DNA from: Camelus ferus | Taxonomy: Eukaryota | Direction of reading: 5' to 3' | NCBI RefSeq assembly: GCF_009834535.1 | Contig: NC_045697.1 | Span: 10,664,001 to 10,728,000, forward strand | DNA: 64,000 bases | Shown: piece by piece, positions 1 through 12,088 of the stretch | Layout: every line of letters starts with the position of its first letter | Position numbering within the stretch: the first letter of the stretch is position 1 | Position numbers and translations under genes: made by a program | The notes under the pieces: model-generated | Told to the model about the DNA's origin: nothing | Database searches by the model: none | The model's input: only the letters and a program-made list of their open reading frames with translations

Positions 1-683
1 CGAGATTTTTCTGCCTCGCTCGTGCAGGACAGAACTGAATCCACCTCTGTGGAGTGTGATGAGGGGTTACTTGTCAAATGTGCCAATTCACAAAATTATA
101 AATTGACCCAGCAATTCTGCTTCTAGGAATACATACTTACCTGCACATTTGTGAAATAACTTGTTACACAGTATTTGTAACGGCAAAATGGTAGAAAACA
201 CATTAAAAGTAATGAACTACTTTGCAGCAATAAAAAAAAAAAGATGAGGAAGCTCTTAATGTACTAATACAATGACCAAAATATGCATTTACAAAGAAAG
301 CAAGGTGCCAAACAATATACACAATATGTTATCATCTGTGGAAAAAAGACCACAGACACACGTTTGCCTGCGTTACCAGAAAACAAATCGGAAAAGACAC
401 AGACACACAAATGCACACGCAAAACCTGCATACAGCGGTCGTCTGTGAAAGCAAGCTGGGGACTGAGAGCCAGGAGTGGGACAGAAGCTTCGCAACGCAT
501 ACGCTTTTGCACTTCTAAATTCTGAGTATGTAAATATATGTCACCAATTGAGAAATGGGTATTTTCTAAATTCGGTGAAATATGGGAACAAATCAAAGGT
601 GAAAAATACTGATAACTCAACTGAAAAAAATGAGCAAAGGCAAAATCACAAGTTTTTTTTGAAAAAAAAGAAATATATATGGT

Positions 684-776
684 GGGGGAGGGTATAGCTC
701 AGTGGTTGAGCGCATGCTTAGCATGCAGGAGGTCCTGGGTTCAATCCCCAGGATCTCCATCTTAAAAAAAAAAAAA
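684..776 (+). mobile_element. tRNA-Ala-derived SINE (camelid Vic-1 type), short form: head + poly(A)
   Basis: GGGGAGGGTATAGCTCAGTGGTTGAGCGCATGCTTAGCATGCAGGAGGTCCTGGGTTCAATCCCCAGGATCTCCA with intact A and B boxes, followed by an A-run. Confidence 0.88.
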
Positions 777-1174
777 GTAAAGAAAAATGGATAAAAGAAT
801 AGGACTGACCAATGATTAAAGGTACACAAAATAAAGCATGTTTTCTATAACATGTCAGACCGGCCAGATAGAGTCTTCATAACCACAGTTGGAAAAAGTG
901 TGGAGAAACAAGCATTTTCATGCACTAATACAGGGAATACAAAGTGGTATATAAATTAGAGAACAATGGTAATAGCGATGAAAATTTTAAATGCACATAC
1001 CATGGTACGTATGCCACGGTAATTCCTTTTCCAGGGATTCCTCGTACTGGTTGTATTGCCCAACTATAACTATGCAAGATACATATTCAAGAGTGGTCTT
1101 CATAGCAGTGTTTGAAACAGCAAACAACTGGGAACTCAAACATCCATTGCTGTGTCTAATCAATTCATTTTTCA

Positions 1175-1478
1175 AATCCCGAACCTGCAATATGATGGTA
1201 TTTGGAGGTAGGACCTTTGGGAGGTAATTAGGTTTAGGTGAGGTCACGAGCCTGGGCTCATGGTAGGGTTAGTGCTCTTCTAAGAAGAGGAAGGGACCAG
1301 AACCCTCTCTCTCCACCAAGTGAGGAGAGCAAGCCGTCTGCAAACCAAGAAAAGGATTCTCACCAGACATCAAATCCGCCGGCATTAAGATCTTGGACTT
1401 CCAGCCTCCAAGACTAGGAGAGACAAATGTTGACTGTTTAAACCACCCAGTCTGTGGTGTTTTGTTATGATTAAAACA
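1175..1478 (+). mobile_element. MaLR LTR (MLT1A/B-like)
   Basis: gtatttggaggtaggacctttgggaggtaattagg...ggacttccagcctcc...aaaccacccagtctgtggtgttttgttat. Confidence 0.85.
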
Positions 1479-2758
1479 GGCCCCAACTGGAAACCTCTCA
1501 AATGCCAATCCAGTAGGATGGATAAATAAATTATGGTATATTCACGTGACAGAACAACAGCAGTGAATATTTACAACTACATGCAACAACGTGGATGAAT
1601 CTCACAAATAAAATGTGAAGTAAAAGAAGCTAGAAACCAAAGAGAACATACTCCCCTACCAGGCATTGCTAACCTATACACTGAAAATCAGGAGAGGGTT
1701 TCCTTGGGGATAAGCTGGGGACAGCGACCGGGAAACGAGAGAGTTCTTCTGGGGGCTTCTTTTTCTTGACCTGGGGTCTAGTTACACAGATGTGTGCAGT
1801 TTAGTAAAAGCCATCGAGCTGCAGGTTTAGGTGCACTTTTCTATATGCATAAAATTGTTTAAAAATTTTTTTTCAATAAAAAATAGAAAATTCTGACTTA
1901 CTAGGTAGGGCCCAAGAATCTGCATTTGTAATAAACTCCTAAATGAGGCAGATGCTGTTGGTCCAAAGGACACACCTGGAGTAGCAGCGAGCTATGCCAC
2001 AAATGTCCAAGTGTACAAGAGAATTTCCAGGAACAGGCTTCGAGAACAATACACACCCCACCCCCAGCCTCCTTCCTGTTGCTTTGGTTGGCGTTACAGG
2101 TTTACTGAGTGATGTCCACTTCCCGCTGTCCGCAGAGCCCCGAGCACACGTGTTGGCATGACATTCCAGAGCCCATCTGCCATCTGCTCACAAGCTACTC
2201 CCCAGGCTTGTGGCCTGACAGCCTCCCAGACAAGCAGGGCTCTGGTCTCACTGCTCTACAAGACATATTCCACGAGCCCCTGTCTCAACATGCATCACTC
2301 GGGCCTCTGCTTGTGTACCTGCCATGCTCTCCTCTGCTTCCTGAACTCTTCCACAACCGCGCAGCTCAGTTCAAATGTTACTTCCTCCAGGAAGCCTTCT
2401 CTGATTGCCCCACAATGGCTAGTCCCTCCTCTGGACAGCCGAGAGCCCACTATTCGCACCTGACAGTCAGCATGGACCAGCCTGCCTGCATCAGAGCCGA
2501 CTGTGGAGGTGGAGGGCTCAGTGCTCAATGTCAGCCTTTTGAGAGCGGGGGAACCCAGTCTGTCTGCCAAATAGCACCAGGCCTGGCACCCAGTGGGTAC
2601 TCACTATACTTACAGCATTGAAATTCAAGAACTTGGAATCAGACAACCAGGTCTGAATCTCATTCCATTATTTTTCAGAAATATGACCTTGGGCAGATCA
2701 TTTAATATCTCTGAGCTGCTGGGGCTACCGGGAGAACTAAAGAAGTCTGTAATAGGTG

Positions 2759-3199
2759 TGGTGAGATGAATGTTGGCCCCCAAAAAGAATCAGCAAGTCC
2801 TGACCCCAGGAATGTAAGCTTATTTGGAAAAAGGGTCTTTGCAGATTAGGTTCGGGATCTCAAGGTGAGATCATCCCAAATATAGGATGGGCCCTAAATC
2901 CAATGACAGATGTCCTTATAAGAGAAAGCAAAGGGAGATCCAAGCCAGAGACACAGAAGGCAGCCGTGTGGAGAGGGGCAGAGACTGGAGTGATGCAGCC
3001 ACAAGCGAAGGACATCTGGAGGCACCAGGAGCTGGAGAAAGCCAGGAAGGACTGTCCCCTAGACCCTTCAAGGGAGAGTAGCCCTGCCAATATATTGATT
3101 TTGTACTTCTGGCCCCCAGAACTATAAGAGAATAAATTTCTGTTGTTTTGAGCCACCCAGTTTGTGATTATTTGTCACAGCAGCCCTAAAAAGCCAACA
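2759..3199 (+). mobile_element. MaLR LTR (MLT1C-like)
   Basis: ttatttggaaaaagggtctttgcagatt...ccctaaatccaatgacagatgtccttataagag...gagaataaatttctgttgttttgagccacccagtttg. Confidence 0.88.
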
Positions 3200-3289
3200 C
3201 AGTATAAGTCAAATAAATACTTGTTCTTCTGTCCATGTGATCACCGAGGTGTGACATTAATTTAAAAGTTTGTAATGAATATAGATTTT

Positions 3290-3530
3290 ATGCATTCATA
3301 GTTTATTTAACAAACATTCACATAGCTCTTAGTGTATATCAGACAATGTCCTAATTGCTTCATAAATATTATTTACTTAGATATTACGATGATCCCAAAA
3401 GTACTATTATTATTATTATCTCCATTTTTCAGAGGGAAAACTCTGGAACAGAGAGTTTAAGCAACGTGCCCAAGGTCACAGAGCTAGTCAACACAGGAGC
3501 CAGGAGTCAAACTCAGGCAGTGGCTCTAGA
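3290..3530 (-). mobile_element. MIR (representative; further copies at ~2620, 4360, 6230, 10400, 14290, 17500, 21850, 25590, 26790, 29070, 41330, 41670, 43940, 47480, 55290, 58400, 58720)
   Basis: MIR core ccatttttcagagggaaaact...gcccaaggtcacagagctagt. Confidence 0.8.
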
Positions 3531-6500
3531 GTGCTCACCACCGCTCAAGTGCCAGGCCCGTTTTGGAATCTAGACCCCAGCCAGGCAGAGGGTACGTGGC
3601 AGGGCTGCCCAGGGCCACCCGTCCTGGTAACGTCCCTCACACTCCTGCCCCAGCACTGCCCCGTCCAGACAACACTCGACAGCTGGATGTCCAAGCGCAC
3701 ATCCGAGAACTTCCCTTCCACTCAGTGGACCAGTGATGCCTCCCACCACGTGGGCTTCATCCAGCAGCTGCCCGGGGAAGGGGGCCATTTTATATTCATA
3801 CCTAATCTGTCTTTTCCTGGATGTATTTGAAGGCCTCCAAGAGAACGTCACCGCTGGGGACAGGGAAGCTTTCCTTCTCGTGTCTTGCTGGGGACTGGCC
3901 CACTTTTACTCCTCAGAAGGGAACAGCCTGCCTGCACCACTTTCTCGCAGGGAGGAGGCCGGGACAGGGCTCAGCACGACTTCATGGACAAGCTTATGGG
4001 AACACAGTCAACAGGTCTAGTTTTTCATCTTAGCTGCAGAAGCTGTACCATGATGGATGGACTAGAGGAGAGCCCGTTACTGTCTCCAGACACGTCCCCG
4101 CTCCTCAAACCCACCCACACTCATAGGTGGCATATATGCCATTTATTTGATCTGATATACAACAGATCCCCTCCACGGAGGCAACGCGGTGCAGCACAGG
4201 GGACAAGCCCAGGCTTGGGCGGCACAGGGCTCTGGGGCAAACCCTGGCTTGGTCCCTTAGCCATCAGTGCGTGTGACCTTGCCAACAGTCCCTCAACCTC
4301 CCTGAGTCTCTCTTTCCTTATCAACAAAATACAAGTGACGACTGTGAGCCTGGACAACAAACCCAGCTTGCCTGGCTTCAAACTTCGACCCTGCCCACTG
4401 GCTAGTGTGTGACCCTGGTCAAGCTCGTTAGCTCTCTGGACCTCTGCTTCCCCTTCTGTAAAATGAGGATAATAGTACCCAGCTCACAGAGTCACTGAGT
4501 TGTTCAAACCCCTGAAAGCAGGCACATAATAGCAGTTTGCTGTTATAATTGTTAAGATGCAAAGACATGACAGCTGTACCCTGCGCGGCACAGTGAGTGA
4601 CACCTGGGAAGGAGGACAATGGCTCCAGGACCCTATTTATAGCCAGGCCCGGTGCCAATGAGTCTCATGATCTAAAGAAGACAGTGCTGGCTCTGAATTA
4701 AGAACACGCAGGTGTTGGATACAATATAACCTCCTGATTCTAGGTGGACGTTGACACACACACACCTATTAGGCTGTCCACCCAACCCCTCTTTCCTGGA
4801 AACCACCTCCATGCCTGTGAGGCAAGGGGGACATTGACGGCTCGCAGCGCCAGGCCCACACACAAGGTGTCACTCTGGCCACGGCGACTTGATGGGCCCG
4901 TGCTTGGTGACTGGCCCAGGTGGGATGAGAACTGAGACTTGGGACTGAAAGAGAGAGAATGCCCAGCCACTCTCCAGGAAGCCGGCCTGAAACCTATGAA
5001 CTTGGCAGGTTCTCCACCATGAGGACTGCAGGAGGGGGGAACCCAGAGAGGGGGATGGGAGAGAGGAGGAGGAATGAAGTGGCCACCGGGCAGACAGCAG
5101 CCAAGAGGGAAGGAGGTGGAGTCCCTGGTGGCTGACCCCTCCCCCCACGAGGTAACCCAGAGTCCTGATAATAAACCCCCTTCGCTAATAGGCTTCTGTT
5201 ACCTCAACAGGGAGACTCCCACTGAATGTCACATCCTCACGCATCTCAAAGTCTGCAGAAACCACGCTTAATCCCTCCCTCTTCTGCAGGTCTGCCACTT
5301 ACCAGCTCCGCTCCCACGCCCGCCAACTCCAGGAAGCAAATCACATTAGCCCAAAACACTGATAGAAATAGGTCAACCATCCTAAAATCTAATTTTAAAA
5401 TATACCAACACAGAATGGAGAATGACTTTAGAAAACTTCTTTAAGAATAAAAGCAGAGGAGACCTTTTTCTTTGCTTCCTCCATTAGAAAGGCTCTAATC
5501 TGGGTCATGATTTACACTAACTTCATCCCAGACACACAAAACTGGAAAAGACACTGCTTACCATCCACACCAGATAATCTTCTGCACTGCATGCTTTTAA
5601 GGTGTAAAAATTACTATTTTTCGTATTTATTTCTTCATTTTAAAAGCACTATGATAAAATAAAAGGGAAATAAATTACCCACAAAGTAAGCTGCAGAATA
5701 TACGAGAAATAACTAGTCCTGGAGATGGGGGTTGGGGAGTCCTCAATCTGCCACTGGCTAGTTGTGTACTTTGAATGTGGAATCTCATCCTGACTTAGTT
5801 TTCCAATCTGTAAAGGGGGGTGTAATAAACAGAAGTTAGACCACCATCTACCACCATCAACTACCTGAGAGTCAAATGAGCTAACGCTTTGCACAGGATG
5901 CCTTACGGCAGATACTGGGGACAGCAGGGAAGAACCAACAGAGAAAAACAGAGCCCGTTAGATGCCAGTAGTTTTGTAGGAGTAGAGACTACTGAGTGAA
6001 CTAGCATTGCATCCAAGTCCTGGCTTCTAGACCCAGTCCTGCCACCGTGGGGCTTGCTGGGGAGATACAGCCCACGTAACCTCAAAAATAATGGAACGTA
6101 GCTCCGGATAGAACGGTCCTGAGGGAGCAGCAGCAGGGACAGCTTGATGAGCCCCCCTGGGACACCGTTTCTTTCCATATCCCTCCCGACACCAATCTGG
6201 GCATCAAATCTCACCCACTCTTCCCCTCACATGGCAATATTAATAGCAGCCACATGTACTGAGGATTTTTCTCTGTGCCTTGCAGACATGGTTTTAAACA
6301 GAGGCTTCACGTACATCAGCTCATTTCAGCCTCACAGATAAAAGCTACGGAGCGGGCTGTGATTATAGTCATACTACATCTATGAGAACAGAGGTTCTGA
6401 AAATTAACTTGGCCAAGAGCACCCTGCAGGTAACAGGCAAGAGCTAGGACTTAAACCAAGCCTTTTGGACCTAAAATGGATCCTGACCCTGTTCCCCCAT

Positions 6501-8625
6501 CGCCTTCGCCTCATTCCACGTTAGTTCATTATTACCACCCTCCCTGTGACCTATCCTACCAGCTGCTGTCGGATTCTTTTCCCAAAACCCAGCTTCACAT
6601 CCACGCTGGCTCACAGCACCCAGCGAGGCGCACCACAGAAGGCAGGGCTTTCAATAATGCTTCTCGAGTGAATGAAGCCTTTGCTCCTGCTGCCTTAGCT
6701 TCTGTCCCCCTACAGAACCCCCTGGCCTACCAGTCCAGGTACTCCAGCTCTGGCTTCCCAACCTTGGCGGACTTATTCCACAGATACACGCCCCATAGGT
6801 CCACCATGAACCAATGTCTCCTTCACTCCCCGGACAAGCCATTCTCTCTGCCTGGAATGCTCTTTCCCCAACTCCCTCTCCCACCCTCCATCCCCAGCCC
6901 CCACCCCCACCCTCACCCCCCACCCCCAGCCCCTCCTCACTCATCCTGCCATCAACACCTTTTCTAGGTTGAATGCATAGACTGACGACTCCTCCCAAAT
7001 GTAAGCCAACACTCTCTGCTTAGAGAGCCAAGCCCAGGTCACCACTCCGCTCTGGCAACTTCAGTCCAGGGCAGGGATTTATGAAATACCCACACCAGGT
7101 TCTAGAGCACATTCTGCCACAGTGTATAGTTACCTGTCTTCCTGGTCTTTTCTTCTGTCCAGGAATAAGCCTTTGTCTCAAGCCCCAGCTAAACTAGACC
7201 TTTCCATTTTGTATTTACCAAGATATAACATGGTACAACTTCTCTTTAGGGAGTTCCAAATGCACAATTTGGTACACCATTTTGGTCATACATGGGATGT
7301 GAAAGTGGAAAACTCCCCAGTCCGAGGGCATGAAAAGACAGAGTCCAGGTTTCAGGGCCCTCCTCCCTTCCTCTTCTGCTCTGTGCTGGGACTCTGCATT
7401 CAAAACACTTCTCCCTCACGTGGAACAATAGACCTGTGGGATATTACCATCTGTGAAGATGTTACTCCACAGAAGACTTGTCCATAGTCATCTGTTTTGG
7501 TTAGTGTACTACATTAGTTAACCTAATGAACGGAAATCCATCTCTCTCCCTCTTGCTCTATTTTTTTTTTTTTTTTTTGCATCTTCAATTATGATGACAT
7601 CTGCCTCTGTTTTGATGCTCATGAAATGCACCGGCCCCAAATGGAAAAACTATGATTGTCTCATATGTTTTCTTTATGTTGCAAAGCACCTAATGGGCAC
7701 TTCAAGACTATTATGAAATCCAGTAACTGGGTGAAAGAATAGAAATAATGAGCTGATGGAAGAAAATCAACAGTCCAAGACGTCACCTGCTAACTTCAGT
7801 ATTATATTCTCTAAGCAACCTAACGGTGATTTTGAAAGGGGGAGTACTGGTCTGCTCTGGTCTACTTTTGAAACTTCTGGGAGTTTCTTTCTCTGAAGTA
7901 ACAAGTATTAATGAAGGTCAAGGGACAAGCAAGGCCAACAGCCTCAGATTACATTAGGATTCAAATTCTAAACTAATAATGACATTGGAGTCGAAAACCT
8001 CGGAAAGCACCAGAAAGATGTCTTTTAACCTGATCATTTGAATGAAGACCTTTAAAAACACTGCTTTTCCTTGTAAAATATGTGTGAGGAAGTCTTCCCA
8101 AGAAGTCTAGAAGGAGCAAAATAGAACAACATATGGAAACAGATTACAGGATTAACTAATTACATGATCTGTCTTAGAATGACCCATGGAAGATGCTCAT
8201 CACAGTCTTTTTAAAGAAGTCATTGTAAATTCATATTAAACAACAGAATTCTATGCTTTTTACATTAAAAGAAAAAAACAACAAAGAAGCCAAGACTAAA
8301 AACACTAGTAGATACTTGTTTATTTAATTTTATTTACATCAAGTCTAAAAACAAATGAAGAACTATTTATTGAGAATAGTGAACTTGTATTCAACATTAA
8401 TAAATAAACTCAGTTTATTTTCTGCTTCTGCCCTTAGGATTTCCAAATTTAGTCGCTCAAGCAGTGACATAAACAGCAAGCACTCTCCTATGACAGCAGG
8501 GCTCAGAGTGATTTATTTCACTCAACTGAAATTTAAACTAAAAATGGAGAACTACACTTCAAACTGTTTCAACTGCTTAATCTGAGACAAATATAAAGGA
8601 AAGTTTCAACATAAATGTATATTAA

Positions 8626-8735
8626 TGATGCAACACGGATGGACCTGGAGGGTATTACGCTTAGTGAAGTAAGTCAGACAAAGACAAACACTTTATGATA
8701 TCACATATAAGTGGAATCTAAAAAAATAAAACAAA
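8626..8735 (+). mobile_element. Short LINE-1 3' UTR fragment
   Basis: gcaacacggatggacctggagggtattacgcttagtgaagtaagtcagac...gtggaatctaaaaaaa. Confidence 0.8.
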
Positions 8736-8821
8736 GGAACATTTAAAAATGTACATGAACGAAAATCTATGAACTGCCTGTAATAGAAACAAGAGCTGAA
8801 GTTCACAAAATATATTCTCTC

Positions 8822-8867
8822 GCTTTCTCTCTTCCCCCTCTCTCTTTCTCTCTCTCTCACACACACA
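8822..8867. repeat. Compound (CT)n(CA)n microsatellite
   Basis: ctttctctcttccccctctctctttctctctctctcacacacaca. Confidence 0.85.
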
Positions 8868-9730
8868 AATAATCTTCTTGTGAACAACAGCTGACCAGCT
8901 AAAGAAGATGATAACATTACTACAAATTTTATAATTTTTAGTAATCATGCTCATCTTCAAATCTTCATAGTTTAAAGAACAAGCTTAAGCTAGATCTAAC
9001 ATTAAATCAATAAAAATTTAGACTGCCAAACCCTAATAGCAGGCACTTGCCACACACCATTTACATTCTCATCACCCCACACTTGAGAAACACAGAGCCC
9101 CAAGACTCGGGAGTACAGAGGAGGAGCGGTGGTAAGGCTAAACAGTAGGACTGGTACAGAACAGCCCGGTGCCGTGAACACGCCCTCCCACCCTCACTCA
9201 GACTCTTAGAACTGAAGCAAACAGTTACCCAGGTAACAGGCTCCGTCCAGCCTGGCCTTGCCCTGAGCAATAGTCAAAACTGCATTTTGTGGTGGGTGGG
9301 GGAGTTACATTTGTAATTTTAAATGGTCATGAAAGGTCATTATTAACTTCTCATTTGATGACAGAGAAGTTGCATCTTTATCCTAATTTTTACCTTTGGT
9401 ACGTACTTGAGAATAATCCAATGCACTAATCAGATGAAAAAAAAAAATAAAAGGGAGGAGATGGAGGATAAAGAACTGGAAAAACAGCGCAGCAATGCAG
9501 TTTGATTTCATTTCTTATGTTCACACTCCCGACAACCTATTTAACCTGGTTTTCTTAATTTCTGTCTCAATACTTTCGGCTCCTGTGCAATTCAATCGTT
9601 TTTAATCTCACACGTTAAAATACTGAATATATTCTACACGGATGGTGTTGTCATTAACAAACAATATCGTGTGTGTGCACCTGAGCGTGTCTAGGGACCA
9701 ACCCTACCTTTTCCCGCAACCGGCACTTAC

Positions 9731-9950
9731 CTTCAGGGAAAGCATGGGGCTGCACGGTGTGGAGAAAGATGTGCACCATCTGAAAGAGGATGCCAGTGGG
9801 TCCAGCTTCATAAGAATCTTCGGTCTCATAGTTTGTTGGAGGAAATTCAAATTCCAAACGATCAAAACTGTTGGTGGATGGTGGCGACCCCTCTGAAACG
9901 GTGTCCCCACACAGCCCCAGCAGCAGGAAGAAGCCGAGGACTGGGGCCAT
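9731..9950 (-). CDS. PROM1: Prominin-1 (CD133) first coding exon: MAPVLGFFLLLGLCGDTVSEGSPPSTNSFDRLEFEFPPTNYETEDSYEAGPTGILFQMVHIFLHTVQPHAFPE + 1 nt (signal peptide and start of the N-terminal extracellular domain)
   Basis: The translation matches the PROM1 N-terminus as I recall it (human MALVLGSLLLLGLCG...[37 protein letters not shown]). The ATG at 9950-9948 has a strong Kozak context (gctATGg). The donor GAAG|GTAAGT falls after exactly 220 coding nt, as in human (c.220+1). Confidence 0.97.
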
Positions 9951-10165
9951 AGCTAGCAAGATGCCCCAAACATGAGGTAGGACTGGGGGCCTTTTGCCTC
10001 AGAGGTTCTGGAAGCCTGGAGGACTGTGATGCTGTGCAGAAGAGGCGTGGTGAGGACTGAGTGTGCTGAGCCCTCGGTTTTCCAGGCTGGGCTGGCATGC
10101 GGTGATGGGCGGCAGAGAATGTTCTCCGGGGAGTGGAGGGTGGTCAGCCGCTCAAGGCACCATCC
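9951..10165 (-). other. PROM1: 5' UTR part (215 nt) of the first coding exon of PROM1
   Basis: Polypyrimidine tract and acceptor ccccttctctccctgccag|GGATGGTGCCTTGAG on the minus strand. The sequence next to the ATG (ctacctcatgtttggggcatcttgctagctATG) resembles the human leader as recalled. Confidence 0.88.
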
Positions 10166-11861
10166 CTGGCAGGGAGAGAAGGGGCAGCGGTCACTAATGC
10201 ACGCAGCCGGCCTGCAAGCGCAGCTTCCCTGGAGGAGAGGCTGCAAAGCTTTAGAGCAAGCCCTCAGCCTAATCCGCTGTCGGGGATGCAAACACAGAGC
10301 CTGCTTCAGAGCGCAAGGGCAGGAAAGCTAGAAGGTTCCAGGGACCAGACCCAGAAACACCAGGTAGTGAAGTGCATGTGCAGTCTTAGAAGCTGCCATT
10401 TATTAAGCACTTACTACATGCCAGACATGTTCTACATGCTTTGCAGGCAGGCCCTCGGTTAAGGCGTTATCCCGCTTTACAGATGACCCAGATAGCATGT
10501 CAGTGACTTGCCTGGGGCCACGGCTGATTCACAGTGGGACAGAATTCAAACCCAGTCATTTGCTTTAACTATGAACTCTAACCACAGCTCCAAGACACTG
10601 TCCCTGCAGAGCCCTCCCTCCCAGTCAGAGAAGCGAAGGCCCCCAGCAATAGACGATAATGCTTGTTTATTTCCTCCAGTTTGGGGTTGTTCTCCCAGTC
10701 TCTGGAGATACGCCTTTTATTCTGCTATGTGCTCACATGATCTCATCTCAAATATCCCTGTTTCCACTCACCCTCAACCCAAACTAGATGAGCGTGGCCT
10801 GCCCAGGCAGGGACCACACTCTTCAAGGCCGGGTGACACTGGACTCTGCCTTCCTAACACACTCATCAGGTAGCCCTGATGGAAATCCCTGCCCCAAGTC
10901 ACCACCTGGACAACTCGGGGTCCAGGCGATGAGAGGCAGAGCAGAGGGAGGCTCCCACCCACCCCCGGGAAAAGGGAGAAGGATCAGGAATCTAGAAGTG
11001 CTACCAGCCCAGTGTCCAGTGAGAGCAACGTTGACCCTGTCCTCCTCGAATTTCTATCCCCAGAACTGAACACAGGCTGAATCAAAACAGAACCTCCCAG
11101 AGCAGCCGGGATGCTCTGCTTGTCCTTACTTCTTTGGGGTCAGAAAACACCCTGATTTTATTTTTCATGTTAGATACACACTCGATAACTTTCAGAATAA
11201 GGACAGGGTGCTCCTGAAACACATACTGTGAGATGGGGGAGAGGGACCACCAAGAAAGTGACACACTGTATGAGGGCCCACCACCTATATCACAGAAATA
11301 GGTGGTGTCAAAGAAAGCTCCGGACAAGAGGTAGTACTACACGAGCTGTTTGAATGAAGATGCTCATTCATATCGGGTACCCTTGGATATGGGCTCATCC
11401 TCTAAGCCCCATCCCACTCCAACTGCTTCTGCTCTGACCTGCCAGCGGAATGACCCTGGATCCTCCCTTTATGAAATCATGGGCTGCCCAGATCTTCTAT
11501 GGAGCCCAGTGCCAAACTCATCAAACCCCAAGCTTCCAGCTCCATCTCCCCTACAGACCCACCAGGACCCTGGGCACTGTTTCCAAAGGGCAGTCCCTGC
11601 CAGGCATGGCCGCTGTCCCTGTCCTCGGGCTCTGAAGTGCTTAACCTTTCCCGGGTTCTACTAGGAATCAGCGCTCTGCTCAGTCTTCAGATCATTTCCA
11701 GAGAGAGTACATGAGAAGGAAACAAAGCATGCCAGCTATTTCGCAAAGCCCCTCTCTGGAAGTCTGCAGGACCAGCACTGGGTAGGAGGAAGATGGGAAG
11801 GTGGGGGGAGGGGGTGTGGTTATTCAGGTAGGATACGACCACGCTCCTTTAGGCAGGCAGG

Positions 11862-12088
11862 ATGCGCACACACATCACACACACCATGCATTCACTCACA
11901 CTAACACACAACCCACATACACACAACACACATACACGCAACACACTAAATATACCAGGTACATATGGTCCACAGCCAGCACACTCCACACACATACATG
12001 CCACATACTAACACCCACATGCACACACACACACTCACAAGCATCACACATAATACACACATCATACATAAACACACACACCACGCTC
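11862..12088. repeat. Degenerate (CA)n low-complexity tract
   Basis: Interrupted cacaca/catac runs. Confidence 0.9.

Larger units (their letters stand above)
60..1890 (+). mobile_element. Fragmented ancient L1M (L1ME/MC-like) 3' region, interrupted by the SINE and an MLT1
   Basis: gacccagcaattctgcttctaggaat, cttcatagcagtgtttgaaacagcaaacaactgg and ggataaataaattatggtatattcac are typical L1M 3' motifs. Confidence 0.7.
1..9730 (-). other. PROM1: PROM1 intron downstream of the first coding exon (next exon lies outside the window)
   Basis: Starts at the GT donor at 9730-9729. I found no sequence encoding the next PROM1 residues (D-T/I-L-R-K-x-L-Q-K-like) in 1-9730. This intron is tens of kb in human. 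Confidence 0.8.

Noticed and set aside
684-760. Functional tRNA-Ala gene
   Set aside because: Acceptor and anticodon stem mismatches, poly(A) instead of an oligo-T terminator, and three related SINE copies in the window.
9654-9959. 101-aa ORF as listed (TTG start and C-terminal GKCRLREK... tail)
   Set aside because: Only 9950-9731 is exonic. The true start is the ATG at 9950, and the tail is read-through past the GT donor into the intron.
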